64,000 nucleotides of DNA from Candidatus Binatia bacterium (lineage in GTDB: Bacteria > Desulfobacterota > Binatia > HRBIN30), in contig JBBRSP010000003.1 of NCBI GenBank assembly GCA_038245295.1, positions 128,001-192,000 on the forward strand, in the 5' to 3' direction. The first letter of the stretch is position 1, and every line of letters starts with the position of its first letter. The notes below the pieces were generated by a model. It had not been told where the DNA came from and made no database searches. It saw nothing but the letters and a program-made list of their open reading frames with translations. Both the position numbers and the translations under genes were made by a program. Shown in pieces: positions 31,554 through 42,245 of the stretch.

Positions 31554-32225
31554 TCACTCATTCGTCACGCGTGCCGGACAGACGCCCAGGGCACCGTGAC
31601 GCACGGCTCGCGAATAGCTGAAGATCTGTAGGCCGTTCTTACTGAAACCACCGATGTTGAGATAGCCGCCATCGGTCGTGCGGGTGGACGACCAGTCCCA
31701 CGTGCGCTCGAGGACCCGCTGCTGGCGGGTCATCCAGAGAATCAATGTATCGTAGGTGATCTCCACCGCGGTCCGTCGCCGTACGGCGGATCCAATTCGC
31801 TTGCCGTAGGCTGCCAGGAAGTCATCTTGTGCTTCGTAAGCGACGTTGAGGCTCTCCTTAAGGACGTCTTTGAGGACGACCCCCCAACCGCCGGTACAAG
31901 TCGCGGTCGAAGCACTGGGCTCCAACTCGATGCCCCACTCATCTTTGAGCTGGTAGCCCATCTTTTGCAGAAAGCGCGCATCGACCAGCGTCGGCTGACG
32001 TCGGACCAGTTCCATGATCGTCAGCGGCGTTGCGCCGACATCGGCGTAGCGCCAGATCAGCATTTCGCCGGCGTCGCGCATCGTCTGCAACGTTTGCGGG
32101 GAGTGCGGCACCGGAATGTCTCCGAGGCTCGATGCAAAACCGAGGGCGAAGGCGGCGTCAGCAGGGCCGACGAAGCTGTCGCCGAGAATCCTGCTCGCTT
32201 CTTTGATGGATGTTGCGGAAGGCAT
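31554..32225 (-). CDS. Hypothetical protein with CLec/FGE-like C-terminal motif
   Basis: WDWSST...GGYLNIGGF...GL...LGVCPAR terminus; directly downstream of moaA. Confidence 0.7.
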   Translation of the reverse strand: MPSATSIKEASRILGDSFVGPADAAFALGFASSLGDIPVPHSPQTLQTMRDAGEMLIWRYADVGATPLTIMELVRRQPTLVDARFLQKMGYQLKDEWGIELEPSASTATCTGGWGVVLKDVLKESLNVAYEAQDDFLAAYGKRIGSAVRRRTAVEITYDTLILWMTRQQRVLERTWDWSSTRTTDGGYLNIGGFSKNGLQIFSYSRAVRHGALGVCPARVTNE

Positions 32226-32259
32226 AGCGCGCGGCTGTATAACAGAGCTTGCCAGGCGC

Positions 32260-33249
32260 TCAACCGCCGATCTGGTACATACTGCGATCCTCGGTCGAGA
32301 CCCCGCGCGCCAGGTGATGGCCCGTCGGTTTGGCTGCCACGGCTTGCAGGAGCAGACTGCCGAGCAACGCCGAGGACGCGCCGCTGCGCAGAGCTGCACG
32401 GACGTCGATCTCATCGTCGTTGAGCAGGCAGAGATGGAACTTTCCATCCGCCGTCAGCCGCATGCGGTTGCAGTTGCCGCAATAGGGTTGGCTCACCGGA
32501 CTGATCATGCCGATGGTGCCGGACGCTCCGGCGAGCCGATAGTTCAGCGACTCGTCCGCCGGGTGCTGATCGGGAAGCAGAGTGAGGGGGCCCAACGCTG
32601 TTTCGATGCGCCGCTTGGTGTCGTGGTTCGAAACGTAATTCGACACCGCCAGGCGTGCGCATTCGCCGCCGCCGAGCGGCATGAGCTCGATGAAACGGAC
32701 GTGCCAGCCGCGTTCGACGGTCAGATGGGCGAGATCGACGACATCTTCCTCATTGTAGCCGCGTGTCACCACCACATTGAGTTTGATCGGTGTCAGTCCC
32801 GCAGCCTCGATCGCCTCGATGCCGGCCCAGATCTCGTCCAACGTTCCGAAGCGCATGATCTTCGGCAAATGTTCCGGGTTGAGGGTGTCGACATGAACGT
32901 TGGCGCGTCGCAGTCCTGCTGCTTTCAAACGTGGCGCTAGGCGCGGCATGAGGATGCCATTGGTCGTCATCGCCAGATCCTGTAGCCCAGGAAGGCAGCC
33001 AATACGGCCGACGATCTCTTCAATATCCGGCCTTAGAGTCGGTTCGCCGCCGGTCAGCCGGATCTTGCGGAAGCCGACGGCAAGCGCCGCGCTGGCGACG
33101 CGTTCCAACTCGTCGGCACTCAGGAGATCGGCGCACTTGGCAAATTTGATGCCGCGGAGCGGCATGCAGTACACGCAGCGCAGATTGCAGTGATCGATGA
33201 CCGAGATACGCAGGTAGTCGATCTCACGCCCAAACGTGTCGCGCGGCAT
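32260..33249 (-). CDS. moaA: GTP 3',8-cyclase MoaA
   Basis: YLRISVIDHCNLRCVYCMP; CGNCNRMRLTADG..HLCL; C-terminal IGG. Confidence 0.96.
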   Translation of the reverse strand: MPRDTFGREIDYLRISVIDHCNLRCVYCMPLRGIKFAKCADLLSADELERVASAALAVGFRKIRLTGGEPTLRPDIEEIVGRIGCLPGLQDLAMTTNGILMPRLAPRLKAAGLRRANVHVDTLNPEHLPKIMRFGTLDEIWAGIEAIEAAGLTPIKLNVVVTRGYNEEDVVDLAHLTVERGWHVRFIELMPLGGGECARLAVSNYVSNHDTKRRIETALGPLTLLPDQHPADESLNYRLAGASGTIGMISPVSQPYCGNCNRMRLTADGKFHLCLLNDDEIDVRAALRSGASSALLGSLLLQAVAAKPTGHHLARGVSTEDRSMYQIGG

Positions 33250-33350
33250 AGTCCATCCATGTCGCGGGGGACGCACACTATGTCAAGCGGACAGGCAGCA
33301 ATCGGCCGTCGAGTCGCCGCGTCCAGGATAGGAACGAGCGAAGCCCGTCG

Positions 33351-34757
33351 TCAGCTGCGCCGCGCCCACAGTCTGTACACCGGCCAACCGCTTATGACGA
33401 TGAACAGCCCGGGCCAGGTGTACGAGGGTTTCACAACCAGAAGGTCGAGCATGACGAGACTCCCCAACACGATGTAGATCAACGGTACGACAGGATATCC
33501 CGGAACGCGAAATGGGCTCGGCTCGCCGGTGCGGCGGCGAAATACGAACAACGCCGCGACAGTAAGGACATTGAAGAGCAGGGCGGCAAAGATCACGTAG
33601 TCGAGCAAGTCGCCGTAGCTACCGGATAACGTCAGGGCGGCGGCCCAAAGGCCCTGCATTACCAACGCGACTCCAGGCACAGAATGACGGTTCAACTGCG
33701 CCGCGGCCGCGAAGAAGAGGCCATCTCGGGCCATCGCGTAGTAGACCCGCGCGCCGGCGAGGATGATGCCGTTTACGCATCCGAACGTCGAGATCATGAT
33801 GGCGGCAGCCATCCAGCGGGCCCCGGATTCACCAAGCAACGCTTGCATCGCCGCCGTGCCGACGCGGTCACTCGTCGCATGCATAATGCCGCGCCCGATT
33901 ACGGAAGCAGCCCCGACCTCGCCACCGACCGGCAGTGCCAAGAGGTACACCGCGTTGACTGCGACGTAGAGAAGGCAAACTGTGACGCTACCGAGAATCA
34001 AGCTGCGCGGTACGGTCTGCTCGGGGGCGATGACTTCTTCGGCGGCGAACGTGATGTTGTTCCAGGCATCTGCCGAGAACAATGAGCCCACCATTGCCGC
34101 GCCAAGGATCGGCAGCGCCGCTAGCGAGAGTGGTGTGCCATCCCAGAAGTGTGCGGTATTCAGAGCGCGTCCCGGAGCAGTCCCGCCATACACCACGCCG
34201 ACTAGAACGATGAGTGCCAGTGTGCCGAGTTTCGTCGCCGTCAGAAGATTCTGAGCTCGTCGGCCGGTGTTGAGTCCGGTCCAGTTGGCGGCAGTGAGGA
34301 ATGTGATGACGCCGATGGCAATCACTTGCTGGGCGCTCACCCCGAAAAGAAGCGGGCCATCCATGGCCGGTAACAACACGGCGGCGAATTTTGCAAAGGC
34401 GACCGAGACGGCCGCGATGGTCCCGGTCTGAATGACGGTGAACAGTGTCCAGCCATAGAGGAAGCCGATGCCGCCGCCGTATGCCTCGCGCAGGAAAACG
34501 TACTGGCCTCCCGCGCGTGGCAGGCGCGCCGCCAACTCGCCGTAACTCATGGCGCCAGCGATGGTGATGATTCCAGTAAGAATCCAGACCAGGAGTAACC
34601 AGCCCGCGCCTCCGAGTTGACGTGTGATGTCGGCCGCTACAATGAAGACGCCCGAGCCAATCATGGAGCCGGCCACGATCGCCGTGGCATCCCAGAGACC
34701 TAGCCCGGCGATGAACCGCGGCGGTGTTTCGGGCGAGGTTTTGAATTTCGACGGCGT
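33351..34757 (-). CDS. APC-family amino acid permease (probable ACG start at 34757; first canonical start 34676)
   Basis: LGLWDATAIVAGSMIGSGVF; YGELAA; ARVYYAMARDG; about 12 TM helices. Confidence 0.88.
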   Translation of the reverse strand, partial: TPSKFKTSPETPPRFIAGLGLWDATAIVAGSMIGSGVFIVAADITRQLGGAGWLLLVWILTGIITIAGAMSYGELAARLPRAGGQYVFLREAYGGGIGFLYGWTLFTVIQTGTIAAVSVAFAKFAAVLLPAMDGPLLFGVSAQQVIAIGVITFLTAANWTGLNTGRRAQNLLTATKLGTLALIVLVGVVYGGTAPGRALNTAHFWDGTPLSLAALPILGAAMVGSLFSADAWNNITFAAEEVIAPEQTVPRSLILGSVTVCLLYVAVNAVYLLALPVGGEVGAASVIGRGIMHATSDRVGTAAMQALLGESGARWMAAAIMISTFGCVNGIILAGARVYYAMARDGLFFAAAAQLNRHSVPGVALVMQGLWAAALTLSGSYGDLLDYVIFAALLFNVLTVAALFVFRRRTGEPSPFRVPGYPVVPLIYIVLGSLVMLDLLVVKPSYTWPGLFIVISGWPVYRLWARRS

Positions 34758-34800
34758 AAACTCAACCCTCGTGCGGCTGGTCTAGGCGAAGCGACCCGCT

Positions 34801-36246
34801 TCAGCCCTTGGCATCGAGGGTCTTTGCCAGCTCGCTATGGTGGCGTCCGTAAGTGAAGTAGACGACCAGCCCGATGGCGAGCCAGACGAAGAGTCGCAGC
34901 CAATTCTCCCACCCCAGCGCCAGCATCAGGATCAGGTTGCTGATCATGCCGGCGATGGGAACGAACGGTACGAGCGGCGTACGGAAGGGACGCGGTAAGT
35001 CGGGGTTGGTGCGACGCATGACCAAAACCGCAGCGCACACGATGACGAAGGCCATCAACGTGCCGATGTTGACCAGATCGGCGAGCAAGGTCAGGGGAAA
35101 CATGGCACCGACGAAGGCCACCACGAAACCGGTCAGAATCGTCGCTTTGTGTGGCGTACGGAAGCGCGGGTGCACATCGCCGAAGAAGTGTTTCGGGATC
35201 AAGCCGTCGCGCGCCATCGCCAACAAGACGCGCGCCTGACTCAAGAGAAGCACCAGAAGCACACTGGTTATGCCGACGACGGCACCCAGCGAGATCAGAA
35301 ACGTGGCGACCTTGAGACCGTTTGCGTCGAAGGCGGCCGCCACCGGAGCGTGAATGTCGATTTGCGAGTACGGCACCATGCCGGTCAGTACAGCGGCCAC
35401 TAAAATGTAGAGGATCGTACACAATGCCAAGGATGCAATGATGCCGATCGGCACATCGCGCTGCGGGTTGATGGCTTCCTCCGCGTGTGTCGAGACGGAA
35501 TCGAAGCCGATATAGGCGAAGAAAATGTACGCCGCCCCGCGAAAGACACCGCTCCAACCGTAGGGTAGGTAGGGATCCCAATTCTCCACTTTGACATACT
35601 GCGAGCCCAACCCGATCACCAGGGCGACAACCGCCAACTTCAGGATGACCATGGCCGTATTGAACCGAGCACTCTCGCGAATGCCAACGACGAGGAGCAC
35701 GGTGATGAACATCACGACCAGGGCTGCGGGCAGATTGCCGTAGGCGCCCGTCCAACCCCAGTGCAGCGTCACCGGATCGATGTCGAACGGGTTTTGAGTG
35801 ATGGCCTTGGGGAGCTCCAGGCCGAAGAGTTTCAGGAAGGACAGGAAATAATGCGACCAACCGTGAGCCACGGTGCTCGATGCAACCGCATACTCGAGAA
35901 TCAGGTCCCAGCCGATGATCCAGGCTAGGAGCTCACCAAGCGTCGCGTAGGCATACGCGTAGGCGCTGCCGGCGACCGGAACCATCGATGCAAACTCCGC
36001 GTAACACAAGGCTGCCAGGGCACAGCCGAAACCGGCGACGATGAACGACAGCGTCAATCCTGGCCCGGCGTACTTTTGCGCCGCCAAACCCGTCAGAACG
36101 AAAATACCCGCGCCGATGATCGCACCGACACCGAGCGAGGTCAGCGCCAGCGGCCCGAGGACCTTGCGCAGGCGATTGTCGCCTTCCATCTCGGCTTTGA
36201 GAATGGCGACGGACTTGATGGCGAACAGTTGGTCACGTGTTTTCAT
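34801..36246 (-). CDS. APC-family amino acid permease (CAT/YfnA-like)
   Basis: GVGAIIGAGIF; CYAEFASMVPVAGSAY; FFAYIGFD. Confidence 0.94.
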   Translation of the reverse strand: MKTRDQLFAIKSVAILKAEMEGDNRLRKVLGPLALTSLGVGAIIGAGIFVLTGLAAQKYAGPGLTLSFIVAGFGCALAALCYAEFASMVPVAGSAYAYAYATLGELLAWIIGWDLILEYAVASSTVAHGWSHYFLSFLKLFGLELPKAITQNPFDIDPVTLHWGWTGAYGNLPAALVVMFITVLLVVGIRESARFNTAMVILKLAVVALVIGLGSQYVKVENWDPYLPYGWSGVFRGAAYIFFAYIGFDSVSTHAEEAINPQRDVPIGIIASLALCTILYILVAAVLTGMVPYSQIDIHAPVAAAFDANGLKVATFLISLGAVVGITSVLLVLLLSQARVLLAMARDGLIPKHFFGDVHPRFRTPHKATILTGFVVAFVGAMFPLTLLADLVNIGTLMAFVIVCAAVLVMRRTNPDLPRPFRTPLVPFVPIAGMISNLILMLALGWENWLRLFVWLAIGLVVYFTYGRHHSELAKTLDAKG

Positions 36247-36283
36247 ATCGGCGACAACCCATATGGGAAGCGTAGGCGCTGCG

Positions 36284-37072
36284 TCAACGGACCAACAGCA
36301 ACACCAGCGTGCCCAGAACAATACGGTAGACGCCGAAGACCGAAAAGTCGTGGCGCTGCACGAAGTGGATGAACCCCCGCACGACGATCAGTGCCGCGAC
36401 GAAAGATGCCACGAAGCCAACCCCCAACGTCAGGATATCCCCTCCCGCGAGTTCGCTGCGGGCCTTCCACAGGCTGTAGAGACTGGCGGCGGCCAGAGTC
36501 GGTATCGACAAGTAGAAGGAGAACTGCGCGGCGGCGGGCCGACCCATTCCGCCCATCATGCCGGGGATGATCGTACAAGCGGAGCGAGACATGCCGGGGA
36601 TCAAGGACAGTAGCTGCGCCACGCCGACGATCAGTGCCTGGCTCCACGATGTCGCTTCGACATCACGAAGCTGGCTGCCCCAGTTGCGTCTCTCGATGGC
36701 AAGGATGGCAACGCCGCCGATGATCAAGGACATGGCGACAACACGCGGACTGAACAGATGCTCCTCGATCGCGTGATGGACGAGAAAGCCGACCGCCGCC
36801 GCGGGAAGAAACGCCAGAAGTACCTTGAGTAACAGATCGCGGGCGGTGCGGTCGCTCGGTGCCCGCTGCAGCAGCCCAAAAAGATGCGCGCGGAAATGCC
36901 AGATGACGGCCAGGATGGCGCCAAGTTGAATGAAGATCTCGAAGGTATTGCGTTGCGCCTGTGGGAAGTCGATCCAAGCCGAGGCGAGGATCAGGTGCCC
37001 GGTCGACGAGACGGGCAAGAACTCGGTGACGCCTTCGATGATACCCAACACCAGGGCCTTGAGAAGCAACAT
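36284..37072 (-). CDS. uppP: Undecaprenyl-diphosphate phosphatase
   Basis: EGVTEFLPVSSTGH; PGMSRS. Confidence 0.96.
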   Translation of the reverse strand: MLLLKALVLGIIEGVTEFLPVSSTGHLILASAWIDFPQAQRNTFEIFIQLGAILAVIWHFRAHLFGLLQRAPSDRTARDLLLKVLLAFLPAAAVGFLVHHAIEEHLFSPRVVAMSLIIGGVAILAIERRNWGSQLRDVEATSWSQALIVGVAQLLSLIPGMSRSACTIIPGMMGGMGRPAAAQFSFYLSIPTLAAASLYSLWKARSELAGGDILTLGVGFVASFVAALIVVRGFIHFVQRHDFSVFGVYRIVLGTLVLLLVR

Positions 37073-37119
37073 GGCTGGTGCTCTTACCGGAGAGCTTCGG
37101 AAGCTGCCAGAGGAGAACC

Positions 37120-37869
37120 ATGGCTGAGATACGTGCCGTGTCGCTGGATGTGGGTTGGACGCTTGCCTATCCGACCAAATCGATGTGGGAAATCTTCGCC
37201 GACCTCTGCAATGAGGCCGGCGCGGTTACTACGGCCGAGAAGTGCGAAGGGTTGGTACGCGCGTTGTGGCGTATGGGTGAAAAGAACGCCGAAGACCACT
37301 TTCGTTCAGGCGCCCAATACGAGGACTCCGATGACTCGTTCCGCGGCCAGTTCAATCAACTCGGCATGATAGTCTTCTCCCAGCTCGGTCTCGACACCGA
37401 CCACTCCGAAATCATGGAACAATTTTACGAGCGCTTCTGGAATCTCGCCGACTGGCGCATCTTTCCCGATGTCCTCGCGGGTATCCGTGGTCTGCGCGAC
37501 CAAGGCGTTCGCGTCGGTGTCCTGTCCAACGCTCCCTCCGATATGAAGCAACTCCTCGAGCACCTCGGCATCCTGCCGCTCCTCGACTTCTGTGTCATCT
37601 CGGCCGTCGAGCGCACCAAGAAACCCGATCGACGGATCTTCGAAACAACGGTGGCGCGCGCCGGTGTTCCGGCCGAGAATGTTGTTCATGTCGGCGACAT
37701 GTACCTCGAGGATATCCTCGGCGGTGGCGCCGCCGGCATTCAAACTCTGCTCATGGAGCGGGGACGCAACGCGTTGTTCCCCAGCTTCCCCGAATCCGAA
37801 GGCCGGCCCATCGATTCGTCGCGCGTGGTCAAGGATCTCGGTGGCGTGTTGGCGCTTTTGCGCCAGTGA
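37120..37869 (+). CDS. HAD-superfamily hydrolase
   Basis: DVGWTL motif I; LSN; KPD; HVGD...D; RBS AGGAGA. Confidence 0.88.
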   Translation: MAEIRAVSLDVGWTLAYPTKSMWEIFADLCNEAGAVTTAEKCEGLVRALWRMGEKNAEDHFRSGAQYEDSDDSFRGQFNQLGMIVFSQLGLDTDHSEIMEQFYERFWNLADWRIFPDVLAGIRGLRDQGVRVGVLSNAPSDMKQLLEHLGILPLLDFCVISAVERTKKPDRRIFETTVARAGVPAENVVHVGDMYLEDILGGGAAGIQTLLMERGRNALFPSFPESEGRPIDSSRVVKDLGGVLALLRQ

Positions 37870-37962
37870 AACGCCGCGGCCTGCATCCCAGGCTTCGTGT
37901 TGCTTCCGTGTTGACCGTTGCGAGGCGCCAACGCAGCGTGCCACTTCGTTAGCGCGTCCTGC

Positions 37963-39204
37963 TTACTCTTCCACCAGTGGACCGGGATGGAAGCTCACGC
38001 GCATCTCCTTGACGCCATTGATGAAGCACGATCGCAGGCGACGCGGCTTGGCGGTCATCTCCATGCCGCGAAAACGTGTCGCGATGCCGCGGAAAATCTC
38101 ATGCAACTCGAGGCGCGCCAGGTTGGCGCCGAGGCAGAAGTGTTCGCCGAAACCGAAGGCGACGTGTTCGTTGGGGCTGCGGCGGATGTTGAATGTTTCC
38201 GGGTCGTCGAAGATTTCCTCGTCACGGTTGGCTGACGGGTACCACAGCATCACCTTGTCATCGGGACGGATCTGTTGTCCGCGAATCTCCGTTTCGGCCG
38301 TCGCCGTGCGGCGGAACGTGTGCACCGCCGGGGCGAATCGCAGGATTTCTTCGACCGCGCTCGGTACCAGCGTTGGGTCAGTCTCGAGCGCGTGCAACTG
38401 GGCCGGGTGCTCGAGGAGGGCGATCATGCCGTTGCTGGTGACCGTGCGTGTGGTCTCGTTGCCGGCAATCAGCAGCAGCAGGAAAAAGAACTGGAACTCC
38501 AACTCGGTGAGCTTACGCCCCTCGAGTTCGGCGTTGATCAACGCTGTGGCGAGTGTCTCGGCCTGCGTCTCGTGCGCGATGTTCCATAGTTTGCTGGCGT
38601 AGACAAACATCTCTGCGAAGGCGGCCATGGCATCGCCCGGAACAAGCGGTGAGTCGCCCTGCATATCGGGATCGTCGATGCCGATCATCTTGTTGCCGAG
38701 GCCGTAGACGACGCGCCGATCTTCATGGGGCACGCCCATCATGTCGCAAATTACCTCGAGCGGCAGTTGCGCCGCGACCTCTTCCACGAAGTCGCAGTCA
38801 CCGCGCTCGATGACGCTGTTGATGATCCGCCGGACCGTATCGCGAATCGTGCCCTGCATCGCGTTGATGATCCGCGGCGTAAACGCCTGGTTCACCAGGG
38901 TGCGATACTGACGATGCTGCGGCGGATCCATGTTGAGCATGATCGACTGCACTGCCATCAGATCCGAAGCCGGCGGGTCGGCTCGCAATGTGCCCTGGCG
39001 CTGAGACGAAAAGAGCCCCGGGCTCTTCGAGACGAATTTGAGGTCGTGGTATTTTGAGATGGCCCAGAAGCCCGGGCCGTCCGGCTCAGGATGCCAGTAG
39101 ACGGGGGCTTCGCGGCGCAGCACGCGAAACATCTCATGCGGGGTGCCCTGCTGGAATAAGTCAGGATCGGTCAGATTCACTTCGCTCAGTTGCATGACGT
39201 CCAT
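37963..39204 (-). CDS. Cytochrome P450 (CYP125/CYP124-like)
   Basis: MDPPQH; LLIAGNETT; EEILR; FGFGEHFCLG heme motif. Confidence 0.95.
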   Translation of the reverse strand: MDVMQLSEVNLTDPDLFQQGTPHEMFRVLRREAPVYWHPEPDGPGFWAISKYHDLKFVSKSPGLFSSQRQGTLRADPPASDLMAVQSIMLNMDPPQHRQYRTLVNQAFTPRIINAMQGTIRDTVRRIINSVIERGDCDFVEEVAAQLPLEVICDMMGVPHEDRRVVYGLGNKMIGIDDPDMQGDSPLVPGDAMAAFAEMFVYASKLWNIAHETQAETLATALINAELEGRKLTELEFQFFFLLLLIAGNETTRTVTSNGMIALLEHPAQLHALETDPTLVPSAVEEILRFAPAVHTFRRTATAETEIRGQQIRPDDKVMLWYPSANRDEEIFDDPETFNIRRSPNEHVAFGFGEHFCLGANLARLELHEIFRGIATRFRGMEMTAKPRRLRSCFINGVKEMRVSFHPGPLVEE

Positions 39205-39251
39205 GTCCTTCCTGACCTCAGGAGGACACCCTCGAACGGTGTCGACCTTGG

Positions 39252-39267
39252 CCAAACGAACGTTTGG
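39252..39267. promoter_or_regulatory. Palindromic operator candidate upstream of the P450 gene
   Basis: CCAAACG-AA-CGTTTGG with perfect arms, downstream of a minus-strand TTGACC -35-like hexamer (39288-39293). Confidence 0.55.
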
Positions 39268-39344
39268 TTATTGCTATCTCGGCCGGAGGTCAAGGGGAGT
39301 CGCACGATCACTCGGCGGACCGGACTGGGCAACCGGTTCTGGGA

Positions 39345-41243
39345 TCAGCTGGTGGCTACCCATCGCGCCAGTGCCGCGTATAGGGCTTCACGCCGCAACG
39401 GCTTGGCCACATAATCATCCATGCCAGCGTCGAGGCAGCGTTCGCGATCTCCAGCGAGGACGTTCGCCGTCATCGCGATGATCGGCAAACGCAGGCCCGG
39501 TGGCGCCGTCGTGCCCTCACGGCGGCGAATTTCCAATGTTGCTTCGAAGCCGTCCATCTCCGGCATCTGGCAGTCGATGAACAGCGCCGCGTAGGGCACT
39601 CGCTGAGTGGCTTCCACCGCCTCGATGCCGTTGGCCACGACGTCGACGCGACAACCGGCCGCCTCGATCAGGCGCACCGCCAGGCGCTGATTGACCATAT
39701 TATCCTCGGCGACCAGGACGCGTGTGTGCGGCGGTAGCACCGGCGGTTTCAGGAGGGCGCGGTCGGCCTGCGGTCGCGGCGCGCCGCTCACCCTCGGCAG
39801 GCGCACGGTGAACCAGAAGCAACTCCCTTCACCGGGGCTGCTGTCGACACCGATTGCGCCGCCCATGATCTCGACGAGTTGCTTGCAAATCGCCAAGCCG
39901 AGGCCGGTGCCGCCAAACCGTCGATGCGTCGACGCGTCGACTTGAGTGAACGGATCGAACAGCAGGGCACGCGCATCGGACGGAATACCGATGCCGGTAT
40001 CGCTGACTTCAAAGCGCAGCCGATCGCCGTCGACGTGATGAACCCGAACCTCGACGCGTCCGCGCGCAGTGAATTTGATCGCGTTGCCAATCAGGTTGGT
40101 GAGCACCTGGCGCAAGCGGCCCGGATCGCCGCGCACCCATTCCGCCACATCGTCGTCAATGGCGGCGCTGAGCGTGAGTCCTTTGCGACGGGCTGTTTCG
40201 ACGAGCAGTGCGACGACCTCCTCGATACTTTCGCGCACCACAAATACGATGCTCTCGATCTGTAACTTGCCGGCTTCGATTTTGGAGAAGTCGAGGATGT
40301 CGTTGATGATCGATAACAGGGACTCGGCCGAGGTACGGACCGCCGAGGCAATCTTCAACTGCTCCGTGTTCAGCTCGGTGTCGAGAAGCAACCCGCTCAT
40401 GCCGATTACTCCATTCATCGGCGTGCGGATCTCATGGCTCATCGTGGCGAGGAAAGTACTTTTTGCTTGGTTGGCCGCATCGGCGCGTTCCTTGGCTTCT
40501 TGCAACTGCGCCGTGCGTTCGACGACACGTTCCTCCAGGGCGGCCTGGGTGGCCGCGAGATCGCGCAACGAGGAGTCGACGTTGCGCGCCATCTGGTCGA
40601 ACATCTCGCCGAGCCGGCCGATCTCATCGCCGCCGCGCAAGCCGGTCGCGACGTCGCGTTCGCCTGCCGCGACGCGCTGGGCGCCACGCACCAATCGGTT
40701 GAGCCGCCTCGTCAGACCGAGGCCGATCGCCACGCTGACGAGTGAGATCAGCACGAGCCCGACGGCGGCCAATCGTAAACCTTCGGCCCAGGATTCGCGG
40801 TAGGCCCTCAGCAGAGGAGCGTTCGAGAAACGTACCGCCAGCGTACCCAGCCGTCCCGCTGCATTCGTCAGGGTGCGGGCTTCCCAGCTGGCGTCTGCAT
40901 CCTTGCTGAGCGGAGGTATCGGCTGGTTGATCCACGACTTGTTTGTGCTCGCCACCACCTGGCCGCGATCGTCCGCCAGGACAACAGCACTGATGCGCGG
41001 GTCGCTCACCAGGCGCTCGATAAAAGGCTGGAACTCGGCATATTCCGCTGTCAGAAGGGTGCGTCGTGCGACATCCTCCAGGAGTCCGATCGTCGACGCT
41101 TCCGCCACCTCGATCCGGTGTCGCGTATCGACCAGGGAGACGGCAAGAGTGCGCCACAGCACGAAGGCCATGACGATCGCCTGCAGTACGCTGGTCACGA
41201 TGGCGATGCGATAACGCAACGGCAGATTGCGGATGGGGTTCAT
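39345..41243 (-). CDS. Hybrid sensor histidine kinase/response regulator (TM-sensor-TM-HAMP-HisKA-HATPase-REC)
   Basis: [37 protein letters not shown]. Confidence 0.95.
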   Translation of the reverse strand: MNPIRNLPLRYRIAIVTSVLQAIVMAFVLWRTLAVSLVDTRHRIEVAEASTIGLLEDVARRTLLTAEYAEFQPFIERLVSDPRISAVVLADDRGQVVASTNKSWINQPIPPLSKDADASWEARTLTNAAGRLGTLAVRFSNAPLLRAYRESWAEGLRLAAVGLVLISLVSVAIGLGLTRRLNRLVRGAQRVAAGERDVATGLRGGDEIGRLGEMFDQMARNVDSSLRDLAATQAALEERVVERTAQLQEAKERADAANQAKSTFLATMSHEIRTPMNGVIGMSGLLLDTELNTEQLKIASAVRTSAESLLSIINDILDFSKIEAGKLQIESIVFVVRESIEEVVALLVETARRKGLTLSAAIDDDVAEWVRGDPGRLRQVLTNLIGNAIKFTARGRVEVRVHHVDGDRLRFEVSDTGIGIPSDARALLFDPFTQVDASTHRRFGGTGLGLAICKQLVEIMGGAIGVDSSPGEGSCFWFTVRLPRVSGAPRPQADRALLKPPVLPPHTRVLVAEDNMVNQRLAVRLIEAAGCRVDVVANGIEAVEATQRVPYAALFIDCQMPEMDGFEATLEIRRREGTTAPPGLRLPIIAMTANVLAGDRERCLDAGMDDYVAKPLRREALYAALARWVATS

Positions 41244-42118
41244 CGGGGCTCCGCCTGTGCCGTTCGCGCCGGGACGGCGCCTTCTCTGGTAGAGGAGCCT
41301 GGGCGTGGTACCTCCGATGCGGCGTCCTCCAGCTTCAGCCAGTCGCCGTTACTTGTTACGCCCCGGCGCACCGCCTCGGTTGGCCAGGCGAGCAAGGCTT
41401 GTTTGAGGCGCTCGCGTTGCGCCGGGGTGACGCGGACTCCCGTGGCAAAAACCAGCGGCGCGTTGCCGCGGCTGCGATCGAGGACGGCATAGTCGACCCC
41501 TTCTTGAACGCCGATCAGGCGCAAATCGTTTTCCGTTGTCGCACAAGCCGCGGCACGGCCACTGGCGACATATTGTAGGCACGCGTTGTGCTGCGCGACT
41601 TGAATGACGGTCACCTCGACGTCGGGATCGATCGACAGACCTCGCAGGCGCCGGAGTGCGGCGGCATTGGATTCGAATTGTGGCGGTGGGACGGCCAATG
41701 TCTTGCCGCGTATGTCGGCCAGCGAACCGAGCGCGGCGTCCAACCGCGTGATGATCAGCAAGGTGGGAGGGTTGGCGAAGCGCAGGAGCGGCGTGTATCC
41801 GAGGCCGCCACGCAGGTCGGTCGATTGCAGCAACACCACGTCGAAGTCGCCGTGCTCTAGGCGCGTCGTAAACCGATCATAGGAGGAGCTGGTTCCGAAA
41901 CGTACCGACCGGCCCAACACTTCGCCCAGGTACTGCGCTAGCGGTGCATAGAAACCCTCGAGTTGGACTAGCGAATGAGACGGGGCGACGCCGAGGGAGA
42001 GCGGAGCGTCGCCGAGCGATGGTTCCTGTGCGGCGGCAATACCGGAAAGGCCGAGAAGGAGCGCCACCAGCAGCCGCCCCCGCCGCCAGCGACGGTTGCT
42101 GAAGTGCAAGCCCGCCAT
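41240..42118 (-). CDS. PhnD/SsuA-type periplasmic substrate-binding protein
   Basis: Signal peptide; [22 protein letters not shown]; stop overlaps the kinase ATG. Start uncertain (42118 or 42142). Confidence 0.75.
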   Translation of the reverse strand: MAGLHFSNRRWRRGRLLVALLLGLSGIAAAQEPSLGDAPLSLGVAPSHSLVQLEGFYAPLAQYLGEVLGRSVRFGTSSSYDRFTTRLEHGDFDVVLLQSTDLRGGLGYTPLLRFANPPTLLIITRLDAALGSLADIRGKTLAVPPPQFESNAAALRRLRGLSIDPDVEVTVIQVAQHNACLQYVASGRAAACATTENDLRLIGVQEGVDYAVLDRSRGNAPLVFATGVRVTPAQRERLKQALLAWPTEAVRRGVTSNGDWLKLEDAASEVPRPGSSTREGAVPARTAQAEPR

Positions 42119-42245
42119 AGATAATTCGAGGTATACCATCATAAGTCGAGCGCCGAAGGAACCGCGCTGCCCGCTGGCTTGTTTCCGGTGGAGTCGATAA
42201 GACGCGAAGCGAATGCCTGGATGGCGAGTCCTATCCCGTCGGCCC

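Noticed and set aside
31554..32225. Complete diversity-generating retroelement
   Set aside because: No reverse transcriptase, Avd or template repeat seen in the window; only the fold resemblance is kept as a finding.
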